From Clostridia bacterium (lineage in GTDB: Bacteria > Bacillota > Clostridia > Oscillospirales > CAG-272): 64,000 nucleotides of DNA. Positions 39,715-48,878 of the stretch are shown here, piece by piece; position 1 is the first letter of the stretch; each line of letters opens with the position of its first letter. The position numbers were made by a program, and so were the translations under genes. The notes under the pieces are model-generated. The model made no database searches and had not been told where the DNA came from. It worked only from the letters and a program-made list of their open reading frames with translations. Location: the NCBI GenBank assembly GCA_017621085.1, contig JAGATW010000074.1, positions 4,224 to 68,223 of the forward strand, read 5' to 3'.

Positions 39715-40872
39715 ATGAATGTAAGGGATTTGCTGTTTTGCCTTTTGAGGCATACAATAAACGGTGAAGCGCTTGATAAGGGTGCAATAGTAGAGTCATT
39801 GAATTCTAAAAAAATGGCTACTCTTTTTAATATTTCCAAAAAGCACGATGTTGCTCATCTTGTAGCTGTTGCCTTAGACGATATAGGAATTTGCCTTGAT
39901 GATGACATAGGCAAGCTTTTTGAAAAGGAAAGAGAGCAAGCCCTTCTTCGTTATGAAATGATTAATGCTGATATTGAAGAAATATCAGACTTGTTTGAAA
40001 AAGAGGGTATAGATTATATACCCTTAAAGGGAGCTGTTTTACGCTCCTATTATCCAAAGCCCTGGATGAGAACAAGCTGTGATATTGATATTCTCGTAAA
40101 GGAGGAGGACTTAGATAAGGCAATTAATGCTCTTGTCGAAAAGCTTTCATATAAAACAGACTACGAAAGACAATATCACGATGTTTCCTTGTTTTCCCCA
40201 TTTGGTATGCATCTTGAGCTTCACTTTAATATAAAGGAAGACATAGAGAAATATGACGAATTATTGACACAGGTGTGGACTTTTTCAAGAAAAGCAGAGC
40301 CTTTCTTCCACAAGCATTTGCAATCGAATGAGTTTTTTATGCTTCATTTGCTTGCACATATGGCATATCATTTTATATCAGGTGGTTGCGGTGTGCGCTC
40401 GGTTCTTGACTTTTGGATTTTGTCAAAAAAGCTAAGTATAAATGAAAAAGAGCTTATTTCATTTCTGAAAAGAACAGAGCTTGAAAGCTTTTATTATGCA
40501 ATTAAGGAGCTTTCCGAATATTGGCTTGAAGGTAAAAGCAACCCGTGTCATACGGTTTTAGAGGCTGAAAAATATATACTTTTGGGTGGCGCATATGGTA
40601 ATGATAAAAATAATGCCACATCCAAGCAAATTAAAAAGGGTGGTAAGCTTAAGTATTTCCTGTCACGTGTTTTTATGCCATATGATAGCTTAGCCATCTT
40701 ATACCCAATAATAAAAAGACATAAAATATTAACACCGTTTTGCCAGCTTGCAAGGTGGCTAAGCGTAGTGTTTAAGGGTAAAAAAATAAAAAAAGAAATA
40801 AAGAGAATTACATCCGTAAGTCAAGCTCAGGTCGAAAAAACTAAGACACTTTTAAGGGACTTGGGATTGTAG
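39715..40872 (+). CDS. uncharacterised nucleotidyltransferase family protein (NTP_transf_5-like), paralogue 1
   Basis: 385 aa. PLKGAVLRSYYPKPWMRTSCDIDILVKEEDLDKAINAL is a pol-beta-type NTase motif as seen in PF14907. Confidence 0.6.
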   Translation: MNVRDLLFCLLRHTINGEALDKGAIVESLNSKKMATLFNISKKHDVAHLVAVALDDIGICLDDDIGKLFEKEREQALLRYEMINADIEEISDLFEKEGIDYIPLKGAVLRSYYPKPWMRTSCDIDILVKEEDLDKAINALVEKLSYKTDYERQYHDVSLFSPFGMHLELHFNIKEDIEKYDELLTQVWTFSRKAEPFFHKHLQSNEFFMLHLLAHMAYHFISGGCGVRSVLDFWILSKKLSINEKELISFLKRTELESFYYAIKELSEYWLEGKSNPCHTVLEAEKYILLGGAYGNDKNNATSKQIKKGGKLKYFLSRVFMPYDSLAILYPIIKRHKILTPFCQLARWLSVVFKGKKIKKEIKRITSVSQAQVEKTKTLLRDLGL

Positions 40873-40885
40873 AAAGGAAAAAATA

Positions 40886-42055
40886 GTGCTATCTGTGTTT
40901 GAAAAGGGCATAATAGAGCTTGTCAAATGCGCCCTGACGGGTGGCGTTCCTCAGCTTGAGGAGGGCTTTGATTTTGAAAAGGCATATGAGTATGCTCAAT
41001 CCCGGCAAATAACACCGCTTTTATTCTATGGTGCGTCTAATATCGAAGGCTTTATGGACACCCTGACAGGTAAAAAGTTTTTCAAATCTACTATGAATTT
41101 AAGCTTTTATTGTGCAGAGCAGAGTGAGGCTATTAAAAGCGTTAAGGATGAATTTAGAGCAAATAAAATTCAACATTTAGCAGTTAAGGGAACAATTCTT
41201 CGTGAGCTTTATCCTTACCCTGAAATGCGTCTTATGAGTGATGCCGATATTCTTATTAAGGAAGAGGAATACGAAAGAATAAAGCCGATAATGGTAGGCT
41301 TAGGCTTTGAGGAGCAATACGAAAGCGACCACGAGCTTGTATGGAAAAAGGGAGAAATTTCAATTGAGCTGCATAAACGCTTAGTCCCATCATACAATAA
41401 GGACTACTATAAGTATTTTGGCAACGGTTGGAAAATTGCCACAATTAAAAATGAAGAAACCTGTGAATACCTTATGACCCCTGAGGATAGCTTTATATAT
41501 ACATTTGTTCACTTTGCCAAGCATTATAGAGATGGTGGCATAGGAATTAAGCATATTGTTGATTTCTTTGTATATTTAGACAAATATCCAAATCTTGATT
41601 TTGAATACATAGACAAGGAGCTGGAAAAGCTACAGCTGCTAAGATTTTGGAAAAACACTAAAAAAGTCCTTGATGTGTGGTTCAATTCTGCCAAGAGCGA
41701 CGATTTAAGTGATTTCATTACTGCAAAAATTTTCGGCAGTGGAGCTTATGGCACATTTGAGGGCTCTATAAATGCTGAGGCTGTGCGATTATCAAAGGGT
41801 AACGAAAATGTGAAAAGAAAAAAAGCATTAAATATTATTTTTCCGCCGCTTCAAGGAATGAAAAAGAAATATAATGTTTTAAACAAAGCTCCTGTTTTAT
41901 TACCTGTTATGTGGGTTGTACGTTGGTTCGAGGCACTGTTTAATTTTAAAAAGGTCAAAAAGCAAAAGCAAATTCTTGATATGATGAGCGATGAAAATAT
42001 AAGCAAATACCAAAACGAGCTTAATTATGTGGGGTTGGATTTTAACTTTCAGTAA
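40886..42055 (+). CDS. uncharacterised nucleotidyltransferase family protein (NTP_transf_5-like), paralogue 2
   Basis: 389 aa with a GTG start. AVKGTILRELYPYPEMRLMSDADILIKEEEYERIKPIM is the same motif as in the preceding gene. Confidence 0.6.
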   Translation: MLSVFEKGIIELVKCALTGGVPQLEEGFDFEKAYEYAQSRQITPLLFYGASNIEGFMDTLTGKKFFKSTMNLSFYCAEQSEAIKSVKDEFRANKIQHLAVKGTILRELYPYPEMRLMSDADILIKEEEYERIKPIMVGLGFEEQYESDHELVWKKGEISIELHKRLVPSYNKDYYKYFGNGWKIATIKNEETCEYLMTPEDSFIYTFVHFAKHYRDGGIGIKHIVDFFVYLDKYPNLDFEYIDKELEKLQLLRFWKNTKKVLDVWFNSAKSDDLSDFITAKIFGSGAYGTFEGSINAEAVRLSKGNENVKRKKALNIIFPPLQGMKKKYNVLNKAPVLLPVMWVVRWFEALFNFKKVKKQKQILDMMSDENISKYQNELNYVGLDFNFQ

Positions 42056-42079
42056 ATAATAAGCATAGGGGGTGCTAAT

Positions 42080-42406
42080 ATGACAAAGAAAATAAAGACA
42101 TTAAAAATTGTAGGAGCAATAATTTATGCTATTGTAACAATAATTTTAGTATCAATTCTTATAGCCTCAATTCCCAAGGAAGGTGGCTTAGATGTGCTTG
42201 GATATGTTCTTGTTGTAATAGTTTACTGTCTTATTGCATTAGGCTTTTACCTTGCTCCTATGATAATTGGCATTGTTGGAATTGTGCTTTCAAAAAAGCA
42301 TTTGCCAAATGAGCTGCAAAAAAGCAATGTAACTTATTTTAGCTTTATGATTGCCTTGCCTATTTTTACAGATGCCTTGTGCTTTAGTACATTGTTTTTA
42401 CTTTGA
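42080..42406 (+). CDS. small membrane protein (hypothetical)
   Basis: 108 aa with 3 hydrophobic helices. GGGGGTG RBS. Confidence 0.5.
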   Translation: MTKKIKTLKIVGAIIYAIVTIILVSILIASIPKEGGLDVLGYVLVVIVYCLIALGFYLAPMIIGIVGIVLSKKHLPNELQKSNVTYFSFMIALPIFTDALCFSTLFLL

Positions 42407-42415
42407 GGAGCTATT

Positions 42416-43009
42416 ATGCCAAGAGAAAAGATAAAAAAAGAAAGAAAAAAGTTTTGGGGTGAATTTAAAGCCTTTATTTCAAAGGGAAGCGTTGTTGACT
42501 TAGCAGTTGCCCTTGTTATAGGTACAGCCTTTAATAAAATTGTATCTCAGCTTGTAGATAGCTTTATAACCCCACTTATAGGAATAGTTTTAGGCGGCTT
42601 TAGCTTAGACGATTGGAAATGGGTATATAAGGAGGCAGTGCTTGATGCTGAGGGCAATATTCTTGAAGCCGAAATTGCCTTTACCTATGGAACATTTTTA
42701 CAGGTGGTAATAGACTTTTTAATAATTGCCTTTACTGTATTTGTGGTAGTTAAGCTATACACAAGAGTTAAAAAGCACCTTGAGGAAGAGGCAAAGAGGC
42801 TAAGCGATGTCTTAAATCCCGAGGAGGTTGAGGCACGCAAGAAAGCTGAGGAGGAGGCTCGTCAAAGGGAGGAGCTTGCAAAGAAGCTTGAAAGCGAGCG
42901 CTTAGCCGAAATTGAAAGACTAAAGCAGGAAAAGGAAGAGGCGCAAAGGGAATACTTCAAGACCCAGCAGGAGCTTCTAACCCAAATCCGTGATGCACTA
43001 AATAAGTAA
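42416..43009 (+). CDS. mscL: large-conductance mechanosensitive channel MscL with a long charged C-terminal extension
   Basis: The first 120 aa or so (FKAFISKGSVVDLAVALVIGTAFNKIVSQLVDSFITPLIG...) match the MscL core. About 75 extra residues follow and are rich in E/K/R. Confidence 0.85.
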   Translation: MPREKIKKERKKFWGEFKAFISKGSVVDLAVALVIGTAFNKIVSQLVDSFITPLIGIVLGGFSLDDWKWVYKEAVLDAEGNILEAEIAFTYGTFLQVVIDFLIIAFTVFVVVKLYTRVKKHLEEEAKRLSDVLNPEEVEARKKAEEEARQREELAKKLESERLAEIERLKQEKEEAQREYFKTQQELLTQIRDALNK

Positions 43010-43024
43010 ACTAAGGAGAGAAAA

Positions 43025-45421
43025 ATGAAAAGATTTTTAGTTATTGTCACTGTTATTATTCTTGCTCTGATTATGCTTGTGGGCTGTCAGCAGGTTGAAT
43101 TTGAGCTAAGCTTTGTCTCCGACGGAGAAGTAATTCATTCAATAAAAACAACAGGAGCAGAAGCTATAAGAATGCCAAAGGACCCTACTAAAGAGGGCTA
43201 TACCTTTGATGGCTGGTATTGGGATAAGGACACATGGCAAAAGCCCTTTACTGCTTCATCACTTTTAAACGAACCCTTAAGAAGCGATATGTCAGTATAT
43301 GCAAAATGGACATCTGACGAGGTTGCTAATCAAAGCTACACTTTAAGCTTTAATACAATGGGTGGAAGCGCAATTGATGCTCAAAGCGTTGCATATAATA
43401 CCGTTGCACAAAAGCCAATTGACCCTATTAAGAATGGCTTTATATTTTCAGGCTGGTACACAGAGGCAGATTGTCAAACTAAATGGGACTTTTCAAAGGA
43501 CAAGGTTGTACAAAGCATTACTCTTTATGCTAAATGGGTAGAATCAGCCGACTCCTCTGCCTGTGAGATAATTGAGTTTGTAGGCGGTACAATAAATAAT
43601 AAGGAAATAACAATGGAAATTCCATATGAGCAAAAAACAGTAGTTATTTCCAATCTTATAACAGTATCTACAAATGCTACATATTCTGTTTACACAGATA
43701 TTTTCGGAATTGATCAAATAGTATCGGGCACAGTTGTACCAAGCGAGGGTGAAAATGTGTATTATATCCTTGTTGTTTCAAGCAATGGCTCTGCAAAAGC
43801 ACAGTACACATTAAAAATAAACAGAGCGTTAAGCCCTAAAATTTCCGTAACGGTATCAGTAAACAGAAAAGAGAACACATACGAAATAGACCGTGGCGAG
43901 GCATTTGAAGAGCCACAGGCTCCAAGCAAGGATGGATATTACTTTGTTGGTTGGTATGTAAACGGAGAGGAAATTTCCTTCCCTTATATTCCTTCTGATG
44001 ATGTTGTAATTACAGCTAAGTGGCTAAGTCATAATGAAGCGTCAAGCGTTACATTTGGAGTTGATGAAAATGCAATTTTCAACGGCAGCCAAAATTCATT
44101 TATTGTTATTAATGGCTCCCCACTTTCAAGTGTAATTGATAATTTACCGTCTGCAAGCAAGGAAAAGTATGATTTTAAGGGCTGGCAGGACGAAAACGGT
44201 AATGAAATAACATTAGATACAGTTATTAATCAAAATACTACATTTACTCCTGTTTGGGAAGAAATTATATATTGTATAGACTCAACAACAAATCATATTT
44301 GGCAGGAATATACACAGGATGCAACCTGTACAGAGCCGGGCAAGAGTGGTATAATTTGTACAAGATGTAATTATCAAATTTCAGAAGATACACAGGACGC
44401 ATTGGGACATATATGTGACGAAAATACAGCATATACCCTTGAAATCAGTAACAATATACCGCAAAAAGTCTATAATTGCCAAAGATGTGGAAATGATGCG
44501 CGTGAGGCATACAAGACAATTGGCGATATGTTTAATGAGCCTAAGTTAGAGTATGGCAAAATATACGGAAAAGACAATTTGACTAATTTAATAGATGGTA
44601 AATTTGATAATTCAATCCAAGGAAGTGTAGCTCCTATTGGCACAATAACAATTAAGGTAACTGCAAAGGAGCCTGTATTTGTTGATACTATTGTGGTTTC
44701 CGGTATAGGTAATATAGCTTATTACCTATATGTAACCTACGAGGGTGGACAAGACAAGGTGCTTATCGGTATGGGCAATACCGATATAGATACACTTTTT
44801 GATATTAACGGTGTAATTACCGAATATGAAATGACTACCTTAACTTCAAGCCAAGGCAGTGAATATATTAATGAAATTGCACCGTGCAAAAAAATTGCTC
44901 ACGAAAGCGGAGAGCATTTTATTATTAAGGAAGTAGGACTTGATAGCACCAAGAGTAAGCTTACTTTAACAAAAACCTGCTCCCTTTGCGACTATAAGGA
45001 AATGCAAATCTTGGACAATATAACCCTTAATAGCTTTGGAAATCTGACAAATCCAAGTGGTGGTGCTTTTGGTATGAGCAATGCTGCAAATGTAGTTGAT
45101 GGTGTTTTCTTGGCAGAAATAACCGGTTCAGTTGCTCCTAATGGTCAAGATTGCATCCTTGGACTTGAATCTAAGGAAAAACAAACCTATGTTGATTATT
45201 TCATTTTATATGGCTATGGCACCGGTTCATTCAGTGTAAGGGTAACATATGCTGACAAGTCAACGGAAGTAGTAGGTACCGAGGGCTTAATATACGACGC
45301 GCAGGGCAGCCTTTCTGTATTTGAAGTAGGTGCAGAGGTTAAAAAAATCGAGGTCATTTTCCCAAATTCAGATGGCTCAGATATAATTTATGAGCTTGCT
45401 GCTTGTACGGTAAAAGAATAA
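43025..45421 (+). CDS. surface lipoprotein with Listeria-Bacteroides (Flg_new) repeats, His/Cys modules and C-terminal beta-sandwich-like duplicated domains
   Basis: 798 aa. Lipobox LVGC. Four G(Y/F).F.GW motifs (GYTFDGWYWDKD, GFIFSGWYTEAD, GYYFVGWYVNGE, YDFKGWQDENG). H..C..C..C modules around aa 420-500 and 620-660. Two related segments share N(L/V)(I/V)DG.F...I.GSVAP.G. Confidence 0.7.
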   Translation: MKRFLVIVTVIILALIMLVGCQQVEFELSFVSDGEVIHSIKTTGAEAIRMPKDPTKEGYTFDGWYWDKDTWQKPFTASSLLNEPLRSDMSVYAKWTSDEVANQSYTLSFNTMGGSAIDAQSVAYNTVAQKPIDPIKNGFIFSGWYTEADCQTKWDFSKDKVVQSITLYAKWVESADSSACEIIEFVGGTINNKEITMEIPYEQKTVVISNLITVSTNATYSVYTDIFGIDQIVSGTVVPSEGENVYYILVVSSNGSAKAQYTLKINRALSPKISVTVSVNRKENTYEIDRGEAFEEPQAPSKDGYYFVGWYVNGEEISFPYIPSDDVVITAKWLSHNEASSVTFGVDENAIFNGSQNSFIVINGSPLSSVIDNLPSASKEKYDFKGWQDENGNEITLDTVINQNTTFTPVWEEIIYCIDSTTNHIWQEYTQDATCTEPGKSGIICTRCNYQISEDTQDALGHICDENTAYTLEISNNIPQKVYNCQRCGNDAREAYKTIGDMFNEPKLEYGKIYGKDNLTNLIDGKFDNSIQGSVAPIGTITIKVTAKEPVFVDTIVVSGIGNIAYYLYVTYEGGQDKVLIGMGNTDIDTLFDINGVITEYEMTTLTSSQGSEYINEIAPCKKIAHESGEHFIIKEVGLDSTKSKLTLTKTCSLCDYKEMQILDNITLNSFGNLTNPSGGAFGMSNAANVVDGVFLAEITGSVAPNGQDCILGLESKEKQTYVDYFILYGYGTGSFSVRVTYADKSTEVVGTEGLIYDAQGSLSVFEVGAEVKKIEVIFPNSDGSDIIYELAACTVKE

Positions 45422-45445
45422 TCGATACATAGCTAATACCAATAA

Positions 45446-45482
45446 AAACAAGGTCTTATCTTGGTAAGACCTTGTTTTTTGT
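45446..45482 (+). terminator. rho-independent terminator
   Basis: Stem ACAAGGTCTTA/TAAGACCTTGT followed by T6. Confidence 0.8.
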
Positions 45483-45612
45483 TTGTATAGATTATATGTG
45501 TTAATAATTTGTATCAACCTTTATGAAAATAATATTTGTTTCGATTCAGTTTAGAAATCAGTAATATAATTTTGTCGAAAAATAAATAATTATGTCAAGG
45601 AGAAAGAGCATT

Positions 45613-46506
45613 ATGAGAAATGTAAAAATCATTACCGATTCCTGTGCAGATTTAAATGCTGACCAGCTTAATAAATATGATATTGATTTTGCAAGAATGA
45701 CCACATCACTTGATGGTGTAGAGAGCGTAGCTTCGCTTTTGTGGACGGAGGTTGAAGCACATGAGCATTACAATAAAATGAGAAACGGAAAGCGTATCAT
45801 TACAGCACAGGCTTCAGTAGAAGAGCTTCAAAGAATTTTTGACAAATATTTAAAGCAGGGTATGGATGTTGTTTACATAGGATGCTCATCTAAGCAGTCA
45901 GGTTCTGTTAATACCGGTTATATTGTAGCACAAAAGCTAATGGCAGAGTATGAGAACTGTACTATTGTTTGCATTGACTCACTTAATGCAAGCATGGGAG
46001 AGGGAATGCTTGCAATTGAAGCATCAAAAATGGCAAAAAACGGGGCTTCTGCAAAGGAGATAGAAGAGCATATTCTTTCAATTAGAAAACGTGTAAATCA
46101 ATATGTAACAGTTCATTCCTTAGATGCTTTAAGGCGTGCAGGCAGAGTAAAAGGGCCCACAGCATTTTTTGGTAACTTGATGGGGGTTAAGCCAATTATT
46201 ATAGCAGATGCCAACGGAGAACAGGCAGCATATAAAAAGGTTAAGGGCAGGCAAAAATCCTTTGAGGAAATAGTAGCATTATTAAAGGCTACCATAATAG
46301 AGCCTGAAAACCAAACTATTTATTTAACGCACGCTGATTGTGAAACAGAAGAAATTGATGCACTTGTCAATTTAATTAAGAAGGAAATCCCTTGCAGGGG
46401 CATAGAGGTTGGACTGATAGGACCTATTATTGGCGCATCAATTGGTCCTGACGCAGTTGGTATTTGGGGCTTTGGAGAAGAGGTCACTTATAAAATAGGA
46501 GAATAG
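45613..46506 (+). CDS. DegV family fatty-acid-binding protein (FakB-like)
   Basis: Contains VKIITDSCADL... and ...HSLDALRRAGRV, a DegV pattern. ATG at 45613 follows an AAGGAG RBS. Confidence 0.8.
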   Translation: MRNVKIITDSCADLNADQLNKYDIDFARMTTSLDGVESVASLLWTEVEAHEHYNKMRNGKRIITAQASVEELQRIFDKYLKQGMDVVYIGCSSKQSGSVNTGYIVAQKLMAEYENCTIVCIDSLNASMGEGMLAIEASKMAKNGASAKEIEEHILSIRKRVNQYVTVHSLDALRRAGRVKGPTAFFGNLMGVKPIIIADANGEQAAYKKVKGRQKSFEEIVALLKATIIEPENQTIYLTHADCETEEIDALVNLIKKEIPCRGIEVGLIGPIIGASIGPDAVGIWGFGEEVTYKIGE

Positions 46507-46508
46507 TT

Positions 46509-48140
46509 ATGAAGACACTTGATGGTGTTTTATATGCTCATATGATAAATTCAGGGGCATCCAAATTGAAGACGCACGTAAAAGAAATAAATGACTTGAA
46601 TGTATTTCCAATTCCCGACGGTGACACAGGCGATAATATGCTGATGACTATGATGGGTGGAGTACATTACGAGAATGAAACGCAAGAATTTCTTGATGAA
46701 GCGGCAAATCGTGTATCAAAGGGAATGCTTCTTTCTGCCAGAGGAAATTCGGGAGTAATTCTTTCACAATTCTTTGAGGGAATTAAAAAGGGCTTTTCAG
46801 GGCTTGATAGGGCAGATGCAGAGCAAATGGGAAATGCATTTCGTCAAGGAGTGGCGCAAGCATATAGCTCTGTAATGACTCCTACAGAGGGAACAATTTT
46901 AACTGTTATGCGTGAAGCAACGGAATATGCCAATTTTTATAAGGACTCCGTTGAGGACTTTTTAAATGCCTTTATTGATGAGGCTAAAAGGTCCTTGGCA
47001 AGAACTACCGATTTGCTTCCCATATTAAAAAAAGCAGGCGTTGTTGATTCGGGAGCTAAGGGACTAATCTACATTGTTGAGGGAATGCTAAGCGCAGTGC
47101 TTGGAGAGAATATTACAGATTTTTCCCCTATTTATGAGGAAAATACTGAGCCGGATATTGATGCGTTTGGTGAGGACAGTGTGCTTGAATACGGATATTG
47201 CACAGAGCTTCTTCTTCGTTTGCAGAATGCTAAAACAAATATTCAAAAATTTGATATACGGGTAATTATTGATTATTTACAAGCAATAGGTGAGTCGGTA
47301 GTTGCGGTTAAGGATGGAAGCGTAGTTAAACTTCACGTACATACAAAAACACCACAAATGGTGCTTGATTTTTGTCAGCAGTACGGAGAATTTCTTAAGG
47401 TGAAAATAGAAAATATGTCCTTACAGCACAATAACATTATAGCCAATGAGCAAGAAACAGAGCAGCCTAAGGAGCACAAAAAATACGGAGTTGTTGCGGT
47501 AGCCTGTGGAGAGGGCTTAAAGCAAGCCTTTTATGAAAGAGGGGCTGATGTTATTGTTGATGGTGGACAAAGCATGAATCCGTCGGCAGAGGATTTTTTA
47601 AATGCCTTTGATGAGGTGAATGCTGATGTAATTTTCGTATTTCCAAACAACGGAAACATAATACTTACAGCCCATCAAGCAGCAAGGCTGTACCAAAAAT
47701 CAGATGTCCGTGTAATAGAAAGCTCAAATATTGGTAAAGGATACGTTTCTCTTGCAATGCTTGATATATGCTCCAATGATACGGACGCTATTGTCAGTGA
47801 GCTTGAAATGGCAATGGAGGGTGTTGACACTGTTGAAATTTCCCATAGTGTAAGAGATGCTGTTATTGATGGCAAAAAAATAATTAAGGGAGATTACATA
47901 GGCTTTGTAAAAAAGGAGCTTTTAGGCGTTGATAAGAATCGCTTTGAGGCAACAAGGCAATCTATTGATAAAATAAACCCTAAGGACCGCGATGCCTTTA
48001 TTTTGATTTATGGTAAGGATGCTAATAAGGCTGAAGCAGAGAAAATTGAACAATATATCAAGGCTCAATATAAAGGTAAAGAGGTTTATGTCATAAACGG
48101 TGGACAAGAGGTTTATGATTACATTTTGATTATAGAATGA
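46509..48140 (+). CDS. fakA: DAK2-domain protein YloV / fatty acid kinase subunit FakA
   Basis: 543 aa with the N-terminal Dak2 pattern (NVFPIPDGDTGDNM...ARGNSGVILSQ) and a C-terminal DegV-like half. Confidence 0.8.
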   Translation: MKTLDGVLYAHMINSGASKLKTHVKEINDLNVFPIPDGDTGDNMLMTMMGGVHYENETQEFLDEAANRVSKGMLLSARGNSGVILSQFFEGIKKGFSGLDRADAEQMGNAFRQGVAQAYSSVMTPTEGTILTVMREATEYANFYKDSVEDFLNAFIDEAKRSLARTTDLLPILKKAGVVDSGAKGLIYIVEGMLSAVLGENITDFSPIYEENTEPDIDAFGEDSVLEYGYCTELLLRLQNAKTNIQKFDIRVIIDYLQAIGESVVAVKDGSVVKLHVHTKTPQMVLDFCQQYGEFLKVKIENMSLQHNNIIANEQETEQPKEHKKYGVVAVACGEGLKQAFYERGADVIVDGGQSMNPSAEDFLNAFDEVNADVIFVFPNNGNIILTAHQAARLYQKSDVRVIESSNIGKGYVSLAMLDICSNDTDAIVSELEMAMEGVDTVEISHSVRDAVIDGKKIIKGDYIGFVKKELLGVDKNRFEATRQSIDKINPKDRDAFILIYGKDANKAEAEKIEQYIKAQYKGKEVYVINGGQEVYDYILIIE

Positions 48141-48152
48141 TAGGAGCAAACA

Positions 48153-48776
48153 ATGAAAATATTTCTTTACATACTTGCAGCCATATGTGGTTATGTAATT
48201 TCAGGTATAAATCCTGCAATTGCACTGTCAAAAGGAATATATAAAAAGGATGTAAGGGAGTGTGGAAGCGGAAACCCGGGCTTTACCAACTTTAAAAGAG
48301 CCTTTGGCAACAGATGGGCTTGGTGCGTTCTTATACTTGACCTTTCTAAGGCAGGCCTTGTAGTTGGACTTTTTGCATGGCTTTTATATCGTCAAGGAGC
48401 GGATTTTCAAATAGCCGCAGCTTATACGGGTATGTTTTGCATGCTTGGTCATGCCTTTCCATTTCAATATAATTTTAAGGGAGGCAAGGGCTTTTTGGTT
48501 TGCCTTTCCTCGGTTTATATTGTTGATTGGCGTGTGGGCTTAATAGCAACAGGTATAATGCTTGTTTTGCTTCTTACAACCAAATATATGTCACTTTCCA
48601 CTACATTAGCAATGCTTTCTTGCCCAATATTGATGATTCCCTTTGGTGCATCCGTGCGTTCCATTCTTATGGTGACAGTTTCTGTAATCTTTATGGCAAT
48701 AAGACACAAGGAAAATTTCAAACGGTTAATTCAAGGTAAGGAATCTAAATTTACTTTAAAAAGTAAAAAGCAATAA
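48153..48776 (+). CDS. plsY: acyl-phosphate:glycerol-3-phosphate acyltransferase PlsY
   Basis: 207 aa multi-TM protein with GSGNPGFTNFKRAFG and GHAFP.....GGKG motifs. Confidence 0.9.
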   Translation: MKIFLYILAAICGYVISGINPAIALSKGIYKKDVRECGSGNPGFTNFKRAFGNRWAWCVLILDLSKAGLVVGLFAWLLYRQGADFQIAAAYTGMFCMLGHAFPFQYNFKGGKGFLVCLSSVYIVDWRVGLIATGIMLVLLLTTKYMSLSTTLAMLSCPILMIPFGASVRSILMVTVSVIFMAIRHKENFKRLIQGKESKFTLKSKKQ

Positions 48777-48780
48777 ATAA

Positions 48781-48825
48781 TATGCACTCCTAAGGCTTAA
48801 TGCAATAGGAGTGCATACTGTTTTA
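48781..48825 (+). terminator. hairpin terminator after plsY
   Basis: Stem TATGCACTCCT/AGGAGTGCATA (48781-48791/48807-48817), then CTGTTTTAT. Confidence 0.6.
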
Positions 48826-48878
48826 TATATTTGTAGTAATAATGTTGAATTCAGCCTACCCTGTGTCTGTTTTTCATA

